A DNA stretch of 64,000 bases from Octopus vulgaris (GCA_951406725.2 OX597819.1:48298001-48362000), one strand, 5' to 3'; numbered from the stretch's first letter, positions 1 through 15,050 are shown. The notes: a model not told the origin generated them from the letters alone. A program made the numbers and translations.

Positions 1-858
1 TTATATTAACCAATATTTTTAATAACTGATTCTAGAGTAATTTGGAGATCTAACTGAAAGACACATTGAAAATAGCCAATATTATTTAGTGACAATGGAT
101 TAGTTGTTAACATTTAACACCGTAAGTAACACACCTGTAATACAGGTTCATGTTTATCTAGTGTAAAGTATTAACAAGGTACTGTAATTTACCACGATGG
201 AAAAAAAATATATGTAAATAAGACAACAAACAAGCCATAAAGGCATGTTTATCTCAGTTGCTTAAATCTCTGGAAAGTAAAGATAGAACAAACTTTTTAG
301 ATGAGAGACAAGAGACATAGAATTTAACTAGTTATCAAAAAAAAACCAAAAAACATAGTGAATTACAAAACGAGTCTTCAAGTAAAAGAGAAAGCTCTGA
401 ATTCTTAAAAAACTTAACTCAAACAGCACCAATGATATTAATATAGACTAATTTCATCTTTGATACATTAGTCACACAATATTAGAAACAAGATTACTAC
501 CCAACTTAGAAACAGAAATTAACAAAATGAATTTCTGAAATGTTAAGTGGTAACTAATCTCTTTCACAGATATTAATACCAGAATTTTTCTACTACTTTA
601 TACTTCATTTCAAAATCAGAATTTAATACGTCTAAACATTAAAATACAAAACACCACTAATTCCTTAATGTAAGCAAGCTTTTCTCTTTTTTTAAAAAAA
701 AAAAAAAAAAAAAAGGCTTTCATCCATAAAACATTATCTTATCAATAAGTTCAAATCAACAGCGAGGTCAGCTTTATAGCATTTCAGTCTTGTAACAACT
801 ACAGAAGTTAAGCTGGGTAGATAACAATATTACTTTTTTAACAAGCATACACAACGAT

Positions 859-1237
859 AGGTGTAGGAATGGCTGTGTTGTAAGTAGATTGCTTACGAAC
901 CACAGGGTTCCAGGTTCAGTCCCACTGTGTGGCACCTTGGGCAAGTGTCTTCTACTATAGCCTCGGATCGACCAAAGCTTTGTGAGTGGATTTGGTAGAC
1001 GGAAACTGAAAGAAGCCCATTGTATATGTATATGTGTATGTGTGTGTTTGTCCACCCAACATCGCTTGACAACCGATGCTGGTGTGTTTACATCCCCGTA
1101 ACTAAGCGGTTCGGCAAAAGAGACCGATAGAATAAGTACTAGGCTTACAAAGAATAAGTCCTGGGGTCAATTTGCTCGACTAAAGACAGTGCTTCAGCAT
1201 GGCCACAGTCAAATGACTGAAACAAGTAAAAGAGTAA
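859..1237 (+). mobile_element. tRNA-derived SINE, family 1 (internal (TA)n(TG)n tract, AAAAGAGT tail)
   Basis: A-box-like TGGCTGTG..GTAAG and B-box-like GGTTCAGTCCC head; same body recurs at about 7381, 44368, 45609, 49018, 50546, 59565. Confidence 0.9.
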
Positions 1238-4200
1238 TGTTTCACAAATGAAATTATTCATCACTGGATGAATTAGCTACTGAGTGGACTCAGCATACAA
1301 TTATTATTAAAATAAAAATCCCTCACTGTATGATTTTAGCACAAATGTGTGAGGATCTAACTGTAATTTTGTCATTTCCCCTTGGGATTAAACAGGGTCT
1401 ATAATGAAAAGTGTTCCAGCAATGTATATCTAGAATAACACTGTCTTATACATTCTTCCTTTTTGAAGATGGGTGTGATTTGAGAGAGAATTGGGAGCTA
1501 TTGCTGAGTAACCACACAGAAGTTCCATAGTATACACTGCAGTTCTCTATTATCTATGACGTCACCATAACACTAGAGATATTATTTTATCCTTGTTCTA
1601 TGAAAGCAAGAATCAGGATCCTTTTTTTTTTTTTAAGTAACTGATTTTATATTAAATATTCTTGCTATTGATCAGAGGGAATTGTAAAGAAAGGACTAGA
1701 GTATGGCTTTATGATATTTAATAAACTGAATTACTACACTCACGGAGTGGTTGGCGTTAGGAAGGGCATCCAGCTGTAGAAACACTGCCAGATCAGACTG
1801 GGCCTGGTGCAGCCTTCTGGCTTCCCAGACCCCAGTTGAACCGTCCAACCCATGTCAGCATGGAAAGCGGACGTTAAATGATGATGAATTCAACCCCTAT
1901 CATGGATGATGTTACCTTTCATATCCAGGGAAAAGAATTTTTTAAAATACTATAAGGCCTCTGTTTAACAGGATTGGCCATGTGTCTGGACCTGTATGTA
2001 TAGACTTAGACAAGATTTCTTTTGTGGAAGACTAGTAGCTGCTCATGTATACAACTTTACCCTCTCCATAGCACCAATGTTGTCTAATGACAAGGTTAAA
2101 GATTTATCACAGTCATTGCTGTCGGATCACAAAGAACCAGAAAGAACAAGGTACCTCTATCCCATCCTTGAACAGTTCTTACAATCCAAATCTCAAGATT
2201 GGGGGTTTTGTTTTTCTATTGACCCTGAAGGGGTGTCTACAAAGTTAACTTCAGGAGATTTTAACTCAATGCATACATAAGCAGTTGAAAATATTTATTT
2301 TAATAAATTTGCTAATTCATTACCTTAAAAGAAGTATTAGTATACTAAAATACAGAAGTGTTGGTAGATTAAGCTCAAGTCAAGTCACTTCTTACTAAAG
2401 CAAAAAAAAAAGTTTTAATGGAAATATGATCAAGAGAAGAACCAGTATTATATTGTAAGGTAGATAGTTTACCTTATTGGGGAAACAGCTATGAATTTAA
2501 ACCTATATCTAGTATCATAATGAACCGGACAATGACAAGTCCTATGACTCATTAGATAAGTGGGACATCAGTGAAGATTTCATCTCCATATGAAATATCA
2601 AAGGCATATCAGTCAGCCAGTGCTTAACTCTATAGACAGACAGGAAGAGATGAACTGCCAGCTAACCAATCAAGCATTACTTACGCACTTCTTTTGCTGC
2701 TTCCGCCAGCAAACTATATTTACTACATATATCTATTTACGGCTAGTTCAACTACAGCAATGCAAGAAAAGTGCTTTCACTAGCTACATATTTATTTTTA
2801 TTGCCCAGTCATCTGAAGAAGGAAAACAACCACAACTCTTTTCAGAACTTCCTAAACCCAGTGGCAGGAAGGGACCAAGTTATTCCAACTTGAGACCTGA
2901 CCTGAATGTTTACAACAGAGTTTGCCCTGATAAAGGTGTCCAAGAACCATGATTAAGTCTACCACCCAAAAACAGGAATGACCCCTTCAGTGAGCTTCTA
3001 CAAAGTTTACATCCACCAAAATTTCATTCACTCAAGGTTATGGTAGCGGACTTTTCCTCAAGATGCTGTACAGTGGAATTTAGTGAATACAATTGAGTTG
3101 TGAAGCAAACTTTTTTCTCAAAAAACTGTTCACAAATGATATGAACCACAAGCATTTCAGCTGGTTAAATAATACCCTATTCACTTGACCAGCAGCTGGC
3201 ACTCTAATCATTTTAATTCTATATTTCAAAAATAGAAACAGAATGCTAAATACCAACAGCAAATTGCACTTGATGTAGCTCATTATTTCATTAACATGCC
3301 AAAGAACACACCACTAACTTCAATTTAACATCAAAGATTGATGACTATGTTTCTTTTATCCCTCTTTTGTGAATCAATACATAATGATTTCTTAAATTGG
3401 CACACATTTTGTAGGGTAAAAATATATTGGAATGCATCAATCTCCTAGTATAAGTATTGGCATTTATTTCATTGATACTGGAAGGATGAAAAGTAAAAGT
3501 GATTTGATAGGATTTTAACTCAGAACATGACCAAATGTAACTAAATATGTATTAGCTGTTAAGATCTTAAGTATGATAAACACTAATTTGTGATGGAATA
3601 AAGCAATAGGCTCAGTGACATTAATGGGTTTGTTCTTTCTTTGAAATTAGTGTTTATAATACCTATTATAACTAAACACTAGTATGTAATTTAGTCTGAG
3701 ACTTTTAACATTATTGTCACTCCAATCACCTCTGAATTATTAAAGAATTCTTACACAGGCATATTAAAGAGATTTTACATGAAAAAGATATAGTTGATGT
3801 AATTTATGATTACAAAATAACAGTGAATTGTTTTATCAAACACAATACCAAGAAAAACTGAGTCAGACTGACGAATTGGAGCTCAGCACTATTCATATCC
3901 ACTGCTCTTATAGCTCTGTGTCAGCTATGAATTATTAGTCACTGTATATTCAAGAGCTCACTCACCGATTTGGGTAATTTTTAGAGGATGACCTTTTTCT
4001 TAGTACAGCTATATTTAAACATTCATAATATATAATACCCAAGTATGTAATATATACTTTTATATGTATATGTTTATACATCTAAAAGATCCTGATTCTT
4101 GCTTTTGTAGAACAAGGATCAAATAATATTATTATTATCTCTAGTGTTATGAGGTAATATCTAGACAACAAAAACCTGTAGTGTATACTATAGAAATTAT

Positions 4201-4501
4201 ATGTGGTGGCAAGCAATAGCTACCAATTCATAGAAAGTGATTTAGCTTACATCTGACCTCATTCTAGGTACATGGTATTAATAAGTCAGGAAGATGATAA
4301 AACACAAAGGTCTACTACCCATGCTATGGGACCTGGTGTGAATTATCTCACTTGTCCATGACTTCTAGGTGTTTTTATATCAGGTGTATTGATGCAAAAA
4401 TTTTCTCTCATGCCTACAAATCATAGTCTACCCACAAACTGGCAAAACACATACCTTGTGAATGTGTGTTCATTGTTGACTTTATATATTAATATATTGG
4501 C

Positions 4502-4745
4502 ATATGTAAAAAGAGTCAAGCGAGGCCATTGCCAGTACTGCCTGACTGGCCCCCGTGCCGGTGGCACATAAAAGCACCCACTACACTCTCGGAGTGGTTG
4601 GCGTTAGGAAGGGCATCCAGCTGTAGAAACTCTGCCAGATCAAGACTGGAGCCTGGTGCAGCCATCTGGTTCGCCAGCCCTCAGTCAAACCGTCAAACCT
4701 ATGCTAGCATGGAAAATAGACATTAAACAATGATGATGATGATGA
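4502..4745 (+). mobile_element. SINE family 2, 3' part ((GAT)n tail)
   Basis: GGAGTGGTTGGCGTTAGGAAGGGCATCCAGCTGTAGAAAC core shared with copies at about 1733, 5361, 8503, 23507, 48415, 49182, 57899. Confidence 0.85.
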
Positions 4746-5165
4746 CACACACACACACACAGTTGTGTATATAAATACATATGAAAACAAACATATATAT
4801 ATATACATCTGCATATGTACACACACATAAACATATATACATTATATGCAACAGAAGCTCCACAAAATATAAACCCCCTCAACAAGTAGAAGCCTCATCA
4901 GAAATAGAATCCCAATAACAGTGCATGGTATATATATATATATATATATATATACATACACACACACAACAAAATCAATAAGAAACTAATAACTCCCTAA
5001 ATATGTTTAACCCTACAAGAGCCAGAATCTCCATAGAGAATAACTAGGAAACTATGAAAATGTAAAAGGTTCACAATCAACAACCCACAAAAATAAACAA
5101 GCACATCAGACATATACATCCAATCTTCTGCAGCCTATTGGATGTGTGTGAGTTTGTAAATATGC

Positions 5166-5208
<43 letters not shown>

Positions 5209-5360
5209 AATTGAGATAGGGGTTGTGAGTGCAACCCACCATGGGATAACATATATCCAATATACTGCCAGTAAAGCACCCAACAAAGTTAATACATAAA
5301 TGTTAAGAATAGCGATGCAATTAATTCATTTGTATTTCTCCATTTTCTTATTTTGTATAT

Positions 5361-5780
5361 ATCATCATCATCATCGTTTAGCGTCCGTTTTCCATGCTAG
5401 CAAGGGTTGGACGGTTCTACTGGGGTCTGTGAAGCCAGAAGGCTTCATCAGGCCCAGTCAAATCTGGCAGTGTTTCTACGGCTGGATGCCCTTCCTAACG
5501 CCAACCACTCCGTGAGTGTAGTGGGTGCTTTTTACGTGCCACCCGTACAGGTGCCAGACAGAGCTGGCAAACGGCCACGAACAGATGGTGCTTTTTATGT
5601 GCCACCGGCACAAGGGCCAGGCGAGGCTGGCAACGGACACGAACGGATGGTGCTTTTTACGTGCCACCGGCACGAGGCCAGTCGGGGCGGCTCTGGCAAC
5701 GGTCGCGAAACGGAAGGTTCTCTTACATGCCACCGGCACTGGTAACACATCTGCAATTTCCATTGATCGATTTCGATTCT
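5361..5780 (-). mobile_element. SINE family 2 with internal ~60-bp GTGCCACCGGCA tandem repeats
   Basis: Reverse complement of the family 2 core; (CAT)n tail on +; four internal repeat units. Confidence 0.85.
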
Positions 5781-6426
5781 GATATATATATAAAACCAAA
5801 ATAAGCAACAGGATATCAAGAAGTGATTGCAATACGACCATTTCAAGCGGCTCCGTTTAATTGAATATATATATATACACACACCCACACACACACATTT
5901 CAACAAATGATAACTTCATTTTCATTTGTCTCTAGATACCCATTAGAGATAATGTAGGGAAATAACGTAAGCTCTGAACAATGAAAACTTATCTTAGTGT
6001 TACTAGAAGTTTGAAAACACAGTTGAAGTGCAAAGACATTTTAGGAGAGAGAGGGGTTTCAAACAGATCCACTTATGTGACTTGCCATCGCTGAAATTAG
6101 TGAAGAGTTTGAAGCAGATGAAAAAGTTCAGAATGTCCACATGAAACATTCCAGAAGAACAAAGCATCAATGAGTCCAGCAAAGCAGGAAGAGGTAAACT
6201 AATAAATGTATTGCCAGAGTCATAAAATAGGAATTTCAAAATCAAGTATTCATTGCATTTTGAAGCATTGTCAGTGGGAAGTTATATTCCAAGAATAGTC
6301 CATGTTCTCAATGAAGATGATTGATACTGAAGAGTGAACTTTTGCAAATGGTACTTGTCAAATCATGTAGAAGATGCATACTTTCCAACTAAAGTTGATC
6401 AGAACTATGAGACTACATATAAATTA

Positions 6427-6932
6427 CCGTAAATCCTCGAGTATAATACGCAGGGGATTTTTAGGGAGCTGTACCTCTGAAAAACCTAAACCGTATGTAT
6501 AATATGCACCCCTTCTCTAACTTGAGTTGTGCGTAATTAAGCCAGCAGCACCTAGTCGAACAAACACTTCTGTGCATGCGTAATACAATAATGGTGATGT
6601 TCTTAACTGTTATATGGGAATGTAAATATGTTTGCAAATTGTTTTTGTTACATGTTTTTCTGTGTTCTGAATACTTTTATTTTAATAAATGTTGCTTATT
6701 GCAAGTTATGGATAATTCTTTTATGACTTCATTGCTTTCAGGCTTAGCTTAAGGTATTTTCCCGCCTGACATCACAAAATGCATTTGAATAAATATTGCC
6801 GGACAGCAAATAGAGACTCGGACATTGCTTAGAAAATCTTTTTCATTTTTAACCTCGTATATAGTACGCACTAGGGATTTTGACCTTTAAATTTTTGGGG
6901 AAAAAATGTGGATTATACTCGAGGATTTAAGG
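6427..6932. mobile_element. Non-autonomous Tc1/mariner-superfamily MITE
   Basis: TIRs CCGTAAATCCTCGAGTATAAT / ATTATACTCGAGGATTTAAGG, TA on both sides (6425-6426, 6933-6934), no ORF. Confidence 0.85.
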
Positions 6933-7380
6933 TAAATAACTCAATTAACCACCAGTTACACCTACTGGGCAGCTGAGGATCTGCATTTTATGAAAGAACA
7001 TCATGATAATTTTCCAGGAGTTACATACAATATGGTGCAGCTTATCATCAAAAGGATTAGTTGAATCCTCGTTTTTTGGTGGTACTGTGACTGGTGCCAT
7101 GAACTTGCTGCGACAGTCTGCCATGCCAAGCATTCAAGAGGACTTTGAAGATATGGAGTTTTTTATTTCCAGCAAGATGGAAATTTTGCCAAACAAGCAG
7201 CCATAGTATTGTAAAGGCCTATAATGATGTAATTTTGCCAAATGAGTAGATTAAATGAAGTTTAATAGTATACCCACTACATTCACTGGAACTCACCACT
7301 TGACTTATTGTATGGGAATACTTAAAGTTTGCTGTACAAAAAGTTAACAAATTGAAAACAGCCATTGAATGAGTATTATA

Positions 7381-7875
7381 CTTTTACTTATTTCAGTCAT
7401 TTGATTGCAGCCATGCTGGAGCACTGCCTTTAGTCGAACAAATCAACCCCAGGACTTATTCTTTGTAAGCCTAGTACTTATTCTGTCAGTCTCTTTTGCC
7501 GAGCCGCTAGGTTACGGGGATGTAAACACACCAACATTAGTTGTCAAGCGATAGTGGAGGGGGACAAACACAGACACACAAACATATATATAAGGAGAAT
7601 TCACAAAAAAAAAAAAAAGATGAAGACAGGTGGTGTAGACAACAGACAGAAGTATTAGTATACCGCTCGGGAAGTGAAAAAGTCTAAGATATATATATAT
7701 ATATACACACACAACGGGCTTCTTTCAGTTTACATCTACCAAATCTACCCACAAAGCTTTGGCCAGCCCGAAGCTATAGTAGAAGACACTTGCCCAAGGT
7801 GCCATGCATGGGACTGAACCCAGAACCATGTGGTTGGGAAGCAAGCTTCTTACTGCACAGTCACTCTTGCGCCTA
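7381..7875 (-). mobile_element. SINE family 1, with an unrelated ~90-bp insert in its (TA)n tract
   Basis: Reverse complement of 859-1237; foreign sequence at about 7592-7688. Confidence 0.85.
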
Positions 7876-7979
7876 TGTGCATAGAAAATGAATGAAATAT
7901 TTCTTGATGTTTGTAATGCTATCGCTTCATGTTATCAGGAGTGCCTGAATAGTCATCAGTTTGAAAACAGGTTATCTTT

Positions 7980-8350
7980 ATCTTTTATATGTTTCAGTAA
8001 TTAGACTGCAGCCACGCTGGGGCACCACCTTGAAGAATATTTAGCCAAATGAATTGATCCCAGTACTTAATTTTTTTTTAAAGCCTGGTACTTATTCTAT
8101 CAGTTTCTTTAGCCAAACTAGTAAGCTATGGGGACATAAACATACCAACACCGGTTGTCAAGCAGTGATGGGAACAAACACAGATACACACTTATATACA
8201 ATGGGATTTTTTCAGTTTCCATCTACCAAATCCACTCTCAAGGCTTCTGTTGGCCCAAGGCTATAGTAGAAGACACTTGCCCAAGGTGCCATGCAGTGGG
8301 ACTGAACCCAAAACCATGTGGTTGGAAAGCAAACTTCTCAGCATACAGGT
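7980..8350 (-). mobile_element. SINE family 1, older diverged copy
   Basis: GCTATAGTAGAAGACACTTGCCCAAGGTGCC..GGGACTGAACCC match. Confidence 0.8.
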
Positions 8351-8502
8351 GTTTCCCCCAAAAATTAAATTCTGCCAGTAGATTCCATTGAATTCTGAAA
8401 TTGAAATGTATCATAATAAACACTGAATTTACAATCATTTAATATGAATAGTGCAATGTGCATCTCCAAGATTAGCCTTAGGGCTCATGATATACATATA
8501 CA

Positions 8503-9000
8503 TATCATCATCATTTAAAATCCGCTTTCCATGGGTTGGACGATTTGATTGAGGACTGGCGAACCGGATGGCTGCACCAGGCTCCAATCTTGATCTGACA
8601 GAGTTTCTACAGCTGGATGCCCTTCCTAATGCCAACCACTCCAAGAGTGTAGTGGGTGCTTTTATGTCCCACCCGCACAAGGGCCAGTCAAGTGGTACTG
8701 GCAATGACCTGGCTCGACAGTTTTTTCATGTGCTACCGGCACAAGTGCCAGTAAGGCGACGCTGGTAACGATCACGCTCGAATGGTGCTTTTTACATGCC
8801 ACCAGCACAGAAGCCAGTTAATCGCTCTGGCAATGATCACGCTTGGATGGTGCTCTTAGCGCTCCATTAGCATAGATGCCAGTCATCGAATTTGATTTCG
8901 ATTTCACTTGCCTCAACAGGTCTTCGCAAGCAGAGTTTAGTGTCCAATGAAGGAAAGGTAAGCATAAATGGGCTGGTTACACCCCTGGCATAGGCCATGT
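8503..9000 (-). mobile_element. SINE family 2 with internal tandem repeats
   Basis: Family 2 core plus GTGCCACC(A/G)GCAC repeats. Confidence 0.85.
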
Positions 9001-12000
9001 TAAATATGTATGTATGTAAAGGACCAGAATGGTGGGTGATTAGCAGTTCTCAAGAAGACCTATCCATCTCTATAAGACATTTTGGAAATACAATGTTTAT
9101 ATGAATGCATAAGTGTGTTCTCTCACTCAATTTCCTCCTCAAGATGTCCAAACTACTTATATTTCTGACCGCAGTATTCTGCTACTGCAATTAAAGTTAA
9201 ATGCAAGTAAAACTGCCAACTTCATCACCTCATCAGCAATACCACTTATCTTCCTCACTACCTGGAACCGTTTCACCTGATACCCATATGACATTCTTAG
9301 TACTGTCCACTCTACCCACATTTTACATCAATTATCCTCCTAAGTCATCAAATTATTTTCTTCCACCACAATGTTTCTCCCTATCTCCCTCCACTTGTGC
9401 CTACCTCGCCTATCTCTCCCCATCACACTCTTACAACCCATGCAACCATATATCATCTCTCTCTCATCCTTCCCCTGTCTACTGTATCATTATCGCTATT
9501 TTGCTGCTCTTCAGACCTACCTCTTTCGGCAATGTTAGTCATCTCCTGTATTCTACCTCTGCAACTTGTTTATAGATTAGACCACCCCCACTCATTCCTT
9601 ATCCCCATTCACACCATCCAGCCCTCAATCAGACACAACTCCTACTGTTGTCACCTACTCTCTCCCTATTTTCCCAACTTATATCATCCCTCAACATTTG
9701 TTCTTCCTTATATTCACCCTCTCACCCATTCCCATCCCTCTCACTTCCCCCATACTTCCTTGCAACCTCTACCCACTCCCACACACAATGTTCCCCTGAC
9801 CACACTCACTTCTACTTACCTTGAGGATGTACTGATACCTTGTCACTAATATTTCTATCTCTTTCCAGCTTCAACCAAGCCCACCCCCACTCTTTCTACT
9901 ATAACATAAGTAGTCGTGTAGCTCCTTTTCAACAAGAAACCTGTTTTCTTAGCCACTTCTCTCACACATGAGCCCCTCATCATCCATCCTCTTCTCCAAT
10001 GTATCCCCACTCAGTCAAAAGAGATCTTAGTGTGGTTGCCATTAAGGAGGGTAACCAGCCATACAAACCATGCTAAAGTAGACACTGGGATATGATGCAG
10101 ATTTCAGACCCATCAGATCCTGTTAAACCATCAACCCATGCTGGCATGGAACAGAGAAGATAAATGATGATGGTGGGTAGTCATGTAGCTCTTTTTCAGC
10201 AAGAAACCTATTTCCTCACCCCTCCTTTAGAAACCATACCAAAGCAAACTTAAAAGCTGGTGGAGCCCTCTGGCTTGTCTGTTCTTCTTGAACCATCCAA
10301 CCCATGCCAGCATGGAAAAAAGAACTGATGATGATATATAGAGATAGAATCCAAGACCACATTGTAATAAATTCAAGTCTGTATCCACACAGGCATGCCT
10401 GCACTATATACACACACATTTATATATAATATACATGCTACCTGATCTTCAATGGGTTTTAGGTCACATTTATATTTTCACTTTACAATAGTTCAAAAAC
10501 ATATTTGGCAAGCTGATTTAACCTTTTGATATTATATGGATATATAAAAGAGCCTTTCTAACAACTCTTGTGCCAAAAATAAATAATGACAAAGGGTAGT
10601 CATGTAGCTCCTTTTCAACATGAAACCCGTTTCCCTAGCCACTTCTCTCAGTGTTACAAACTATAAAATTGACCATGCAAGACATTTTTTACAAGAAAGT
10701 GCATACTGTCATAAAACTTTAAACTTTGATCAAGTGTATTCAAATACATTGTTAAACTTGAACAATCTTAATTGAGTAGAGAACTTTACTAACAAACCTT
10801 ATAAAATTAATCAGTAAAGATAATCTTTTAATAAGAAACTATGTATTCTCTGAATACATTAAACTTTGATCAACTGTAGATTATTGAATCAGAACCATTT
10901 AAGGCAATAAACCAATGAAATAGATAACAGTTTACTCAAATAACTTACATTAAATATTAGATTTACTGATAAGGTGTTTAATTTGCAGAATTGTGTATGA
11001 ATGTTGAATCCTAATTGGTATTGGAAATAGTATGTATCTTTCTAAGTTTATCAAGGTGTTTCTCAACCTGGAAAAAAAGTCACATGTGTTCCTAATTTGA
11101 GAAACCATTTAAACAGTTAAAGTATTTTCTATGATTGGACTTCAGTTCAAATAAAATCTTTAGATAAGATGTATACAGGACATATTTCTAAAACATCATG
11201 TACTAGAAACAACTGATAGCAAGCGCAAAGAGAAATGACAGGTGTTTGACCAACTTCTTACCTTGGAACATAACCAAAATTGAAAGGTAAAGTTGAAATG
11301 GTAATCTGTTGAAAATGTAGTTTCACCTACTCTACATGCTAAACTTTAAATTGTTCAATACTGTACTACACTATCATTTACTATGATTCTTTAGTTTAAA
11401 CCTTTCTGCAATGATCACAGTAACTTTCCAACACCCAAGATTGATAAGGTACCAGTAATATGCTGAAATTAGCCATCAATGCCTACAGCACTGTTAAGCT
11501 TCTAAAGAGGGCTCTGATAATATTTACATTTTCTTTTTTACAATAATTCAAAAAAGGCCTTATGTATTATGTAAATATACATGCCTTCAGTGGTTCAACA
11601 ACCCATGGTCAGAGAATTTTACTCACTAGTGCAAGTTATAAATATCAATCATACTTTAATTAGTATTTCTACAATCTAACAATTAATTTCATTGGCTACC
11701 ACCCAAAAATAGTGACAATTGTCAGAAACTTTACTTTTAGGGAAAATTAACACTACTAATTCAAACACTTTAGAAATAAGATATTTCATAAACAAATAAA
11801 TCTGAACATTGATATTTGCTTTAGTATAGATGTGGAATGGAATAGATTAGAAAGTTTTACAGATCAGCTTTGTTTCTGATCTCATGCCATCATCACTCCC
11901 ATGAGACTCAATCTTCTCATTTTGAGTTCATCTACTTCTCAAATTTACTGTGGTCTAATTCTGCCTCCCCAGCCAACTGTTTCACTGCCATACGATATCA

Positions 12001-15000
12001 AACTTTATACAAATCCTCATCTAATGTAGTTTACATAAAGAAACAAAAGAAATCCTCAGCTACTAACAAAGATAATAGTTCCTTTCTAATGTTAATTACA
12101 CCAGCTAGATAACAGAACGTGGGTAGGGTGTCTTAAGCAGTCATTGACTGTTTATGTTACCTCAGAACATCTGGTATACCCAAAATTTCAGCTATCTGTT
12201 AATCTAAATAAATTCCCAACATCTTTGTGTACTTCATGTTTATAGTGACTATACCTGCGTATAGTTGCTACCTGCCCACTTAAAATACAAGCATAAGGAT
12301 ACTTCTTGATGACACTGCTTACCTCTACACTACTGAAATTCTGCAGTTATTTAACAGATATTGCAATAAGAGATTAGCTGTTAGCATATAAATGTACTCA
12401 GGGGCAATCCATTTTGAACTGTTTCAAGACTCCTTTATAGACTGTAATGAGAAAAAGATTTTTTAAGACAGATAGATAGAAGAACCTATATTCCTTTTCA
12501 CATCCTAAGAGATTGGTCTGAACAGCTTTTGTGGGCTAATCATTCCTTTACCTCAAGATTGCACTGCAGAACATGGCCACATGCATATGTATTTCTCTTG
12601 GTTCACAAATCAAAGTTCAGAAATTTAAAAGAAAATCAAAACACTATTCCTTTATATTGACTGTTATAGACATTTCTAGATAAACTTTTTCTTAATATAT
12701 TTTGATAAAAATCTTAATAAATGGTAAAAGAAAGAAAGTAAAAATACAAAGAATATAATTTAGGTTCTTTTTATGCTTATTGAATTTATCCTACTAATTA
12801 CCTATTTAAAACATTAATGAGACAGAAAATAGTTGAGAATAAGTAAGTAACCTTTAAGTAAATCAATTCAGCTTACAAAACAAAAGAAAATTATAAACTG
12901 AAGACAGTAAAACAAAATGCATAAAAACAGAGAATGCAAAAGTATGTGGGTAGGTTATTGACTGAGCAGAGGGTAAGCGCCACCCCCCTCTCCATCTGCA
13001 AGCCGTGACTGTGACCCAGTTTTGATTCCCAGTTGTAGCTATCTCACTTCATTTACCTCATCATTGTTCTCGTTACATTTCATTTCTTTACAATTAAGTG
13101 AACAAATAACCCATTGACAAATAATCATGCTTTTGGAGAACAAGCATTTACGTTCGCTCACACACGACCATGTATATAATGTTGCATTTCAAGAGACCGC
13201 TCACCGGGATCGAGTGGTTTTGCTTAAGTTAGTAGAGTAGATACATGAATTGGTTGGTATGACAAACTCTAGGTAATAACTCGGTGTAGTACTCCTATGT
13301 AAAGCAGGAGAGGTAGCAGTGCAAAGTATACAATATCCTGGCAATATTCCATTTCAAGCATGGCTCTCAGACAGGTACACAGTTAGCTTGCTATTCAGAC
13401 AAGGAGATATTGAAAAAGTGATTCACATGCCAGCAAAAGGTTAAGAGTTACATCACATGAAATAAATACCAGTGAACCAAATCAAGTGAAAAGACTGGAG
13501 GGAGAGAGAGTGAGAAATCACCAACACAAGTTGCACAAGACAAAAAGAGCATTTAACCTTGATGTTACATATTTTGCATTATAAATAACTTCCTGGACAT
13601 TCCACTCAATTCCGCTACCGGGAATAGTCCGGATTTTTTGTTAATGCTAAATACTTTAAGTGTTACAAGTTTCCTTACGGAAGACTATACGCGTTTTGGG
13701 TGGGCGGTTTATAAACGAAAGTCATCTCTCCTACTGTTAAATTCAATTCTTCTAACAACTAAAACTGTGAGAGAAATTGAGAAAGGAAACTCTAAAGACA
13801 AAAGAGAAAAATGAATAGATGTTATCAAATCGAAAAGATGATGTGTGGCTCGTGTTTTGTAACGAGCAATAGACCTTCAAAAAAGGGTCGAATTTTGTTC
13901 AAATATCGTCAAAGAATGAAGCGAGGGAGGAGAGGATGTGATAAAATGAATAGACAAGAATGTTCATAGAGGCATCGAATTAGCGGCATGATAATAAACA
14001 GGAAAAGCAGTCAGGCTTAATAAAAAGGGGGAAAAAAAGGAAAATTTCTCAATGAACAAGGAGCAAATTAAGCTATAATATCGGAATTAGTTTAATAATT
14101 ACCGTTACCGTTTTAGAAAAGAAAAAAATGCACACATTTAATACTGACATGTACATACTACTACTTATTGATACGAACCCCCACATACACACCAATAATA
14201 CAGATTACACACCCTATTTTTCTATGAAAGAAATAAAAGAAAACAACAAAACTAGAGAGAAGATTCGCTGAGAGAATGTAGAAGGGAAGGGAAAGGCGGT
14301 TTCTGGCATACCAGATGACTAACATTAGTTTCTGTCTGCTGTTCTATCATCAGAATTAGCGGCCCCCATAGAGAAGAAGAGAAAAACATCAGTAGAGAAA
14401 ACAGAAAGAAGGAAAGGGTATAACCTAGTGTCAACATCAATTCAAGCAGTTTTATCTCATCTTATATAATAAATATTAATAAACTTTATTTTATTATTTT
14501 AAGTATTCAAATATACAAAAGGAGCGTGGGCAGCCTAGGTTTGTCAACTAAAATACATATCTGACACTTGTGTGAGCACCAAGAATACCACCATCATTCC
14601 AACATGACAATTCTCCTTTTGTACAGTTTCGTTTTCTCCTGTATCTTCTCCCACTTCTGATTACCAGACAAAGAGTTTAAAGTAGTAAATGGTATTGCTG
14701 TTTTCGACGACATCTGAAGACAAATTCATGTGATGAATTTCTCTTTCTCTCTCTCTCTTTTTTTTTTTTTTACAATGCTTCCAACTTCGAGAAAAGACAA
14801 GAGTATAAGAAAACTTCATTCAAACTAAAATATATAAGCTTTTATAAACTAAATTAATAGGTGATAAAAGAATAAATGATGTGAATTCTGATTAACTTAG
14901 ATGTTTTGATTTATAAATATATATAATTTTTAAAAGCCGGCTTTTTTTTTTTTTGATATCTTCATTCAACAATGACTAATATCAATACAACCTTTCTTAG

Positions 15001-15013
15001 AAATACATGCTTA

Positions 15014-15050
<37 letters not shown>

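Noticed and set aside
1996-2952. ORFs of 94 and 120 aa
   Set aside because: No recognisable motif or supporting exon structure
9201-9849. ORFs of 124 and 150 aa
   Set aside because: G-poor low-complexity tract with no domain; probably decayed repeat
9909-10650. Three copies of GTAGTCATGTAGCTCCTTTTCAACA.GAAACC
   Set aside because: Associated with old SINE-like fragments; no evidence of function
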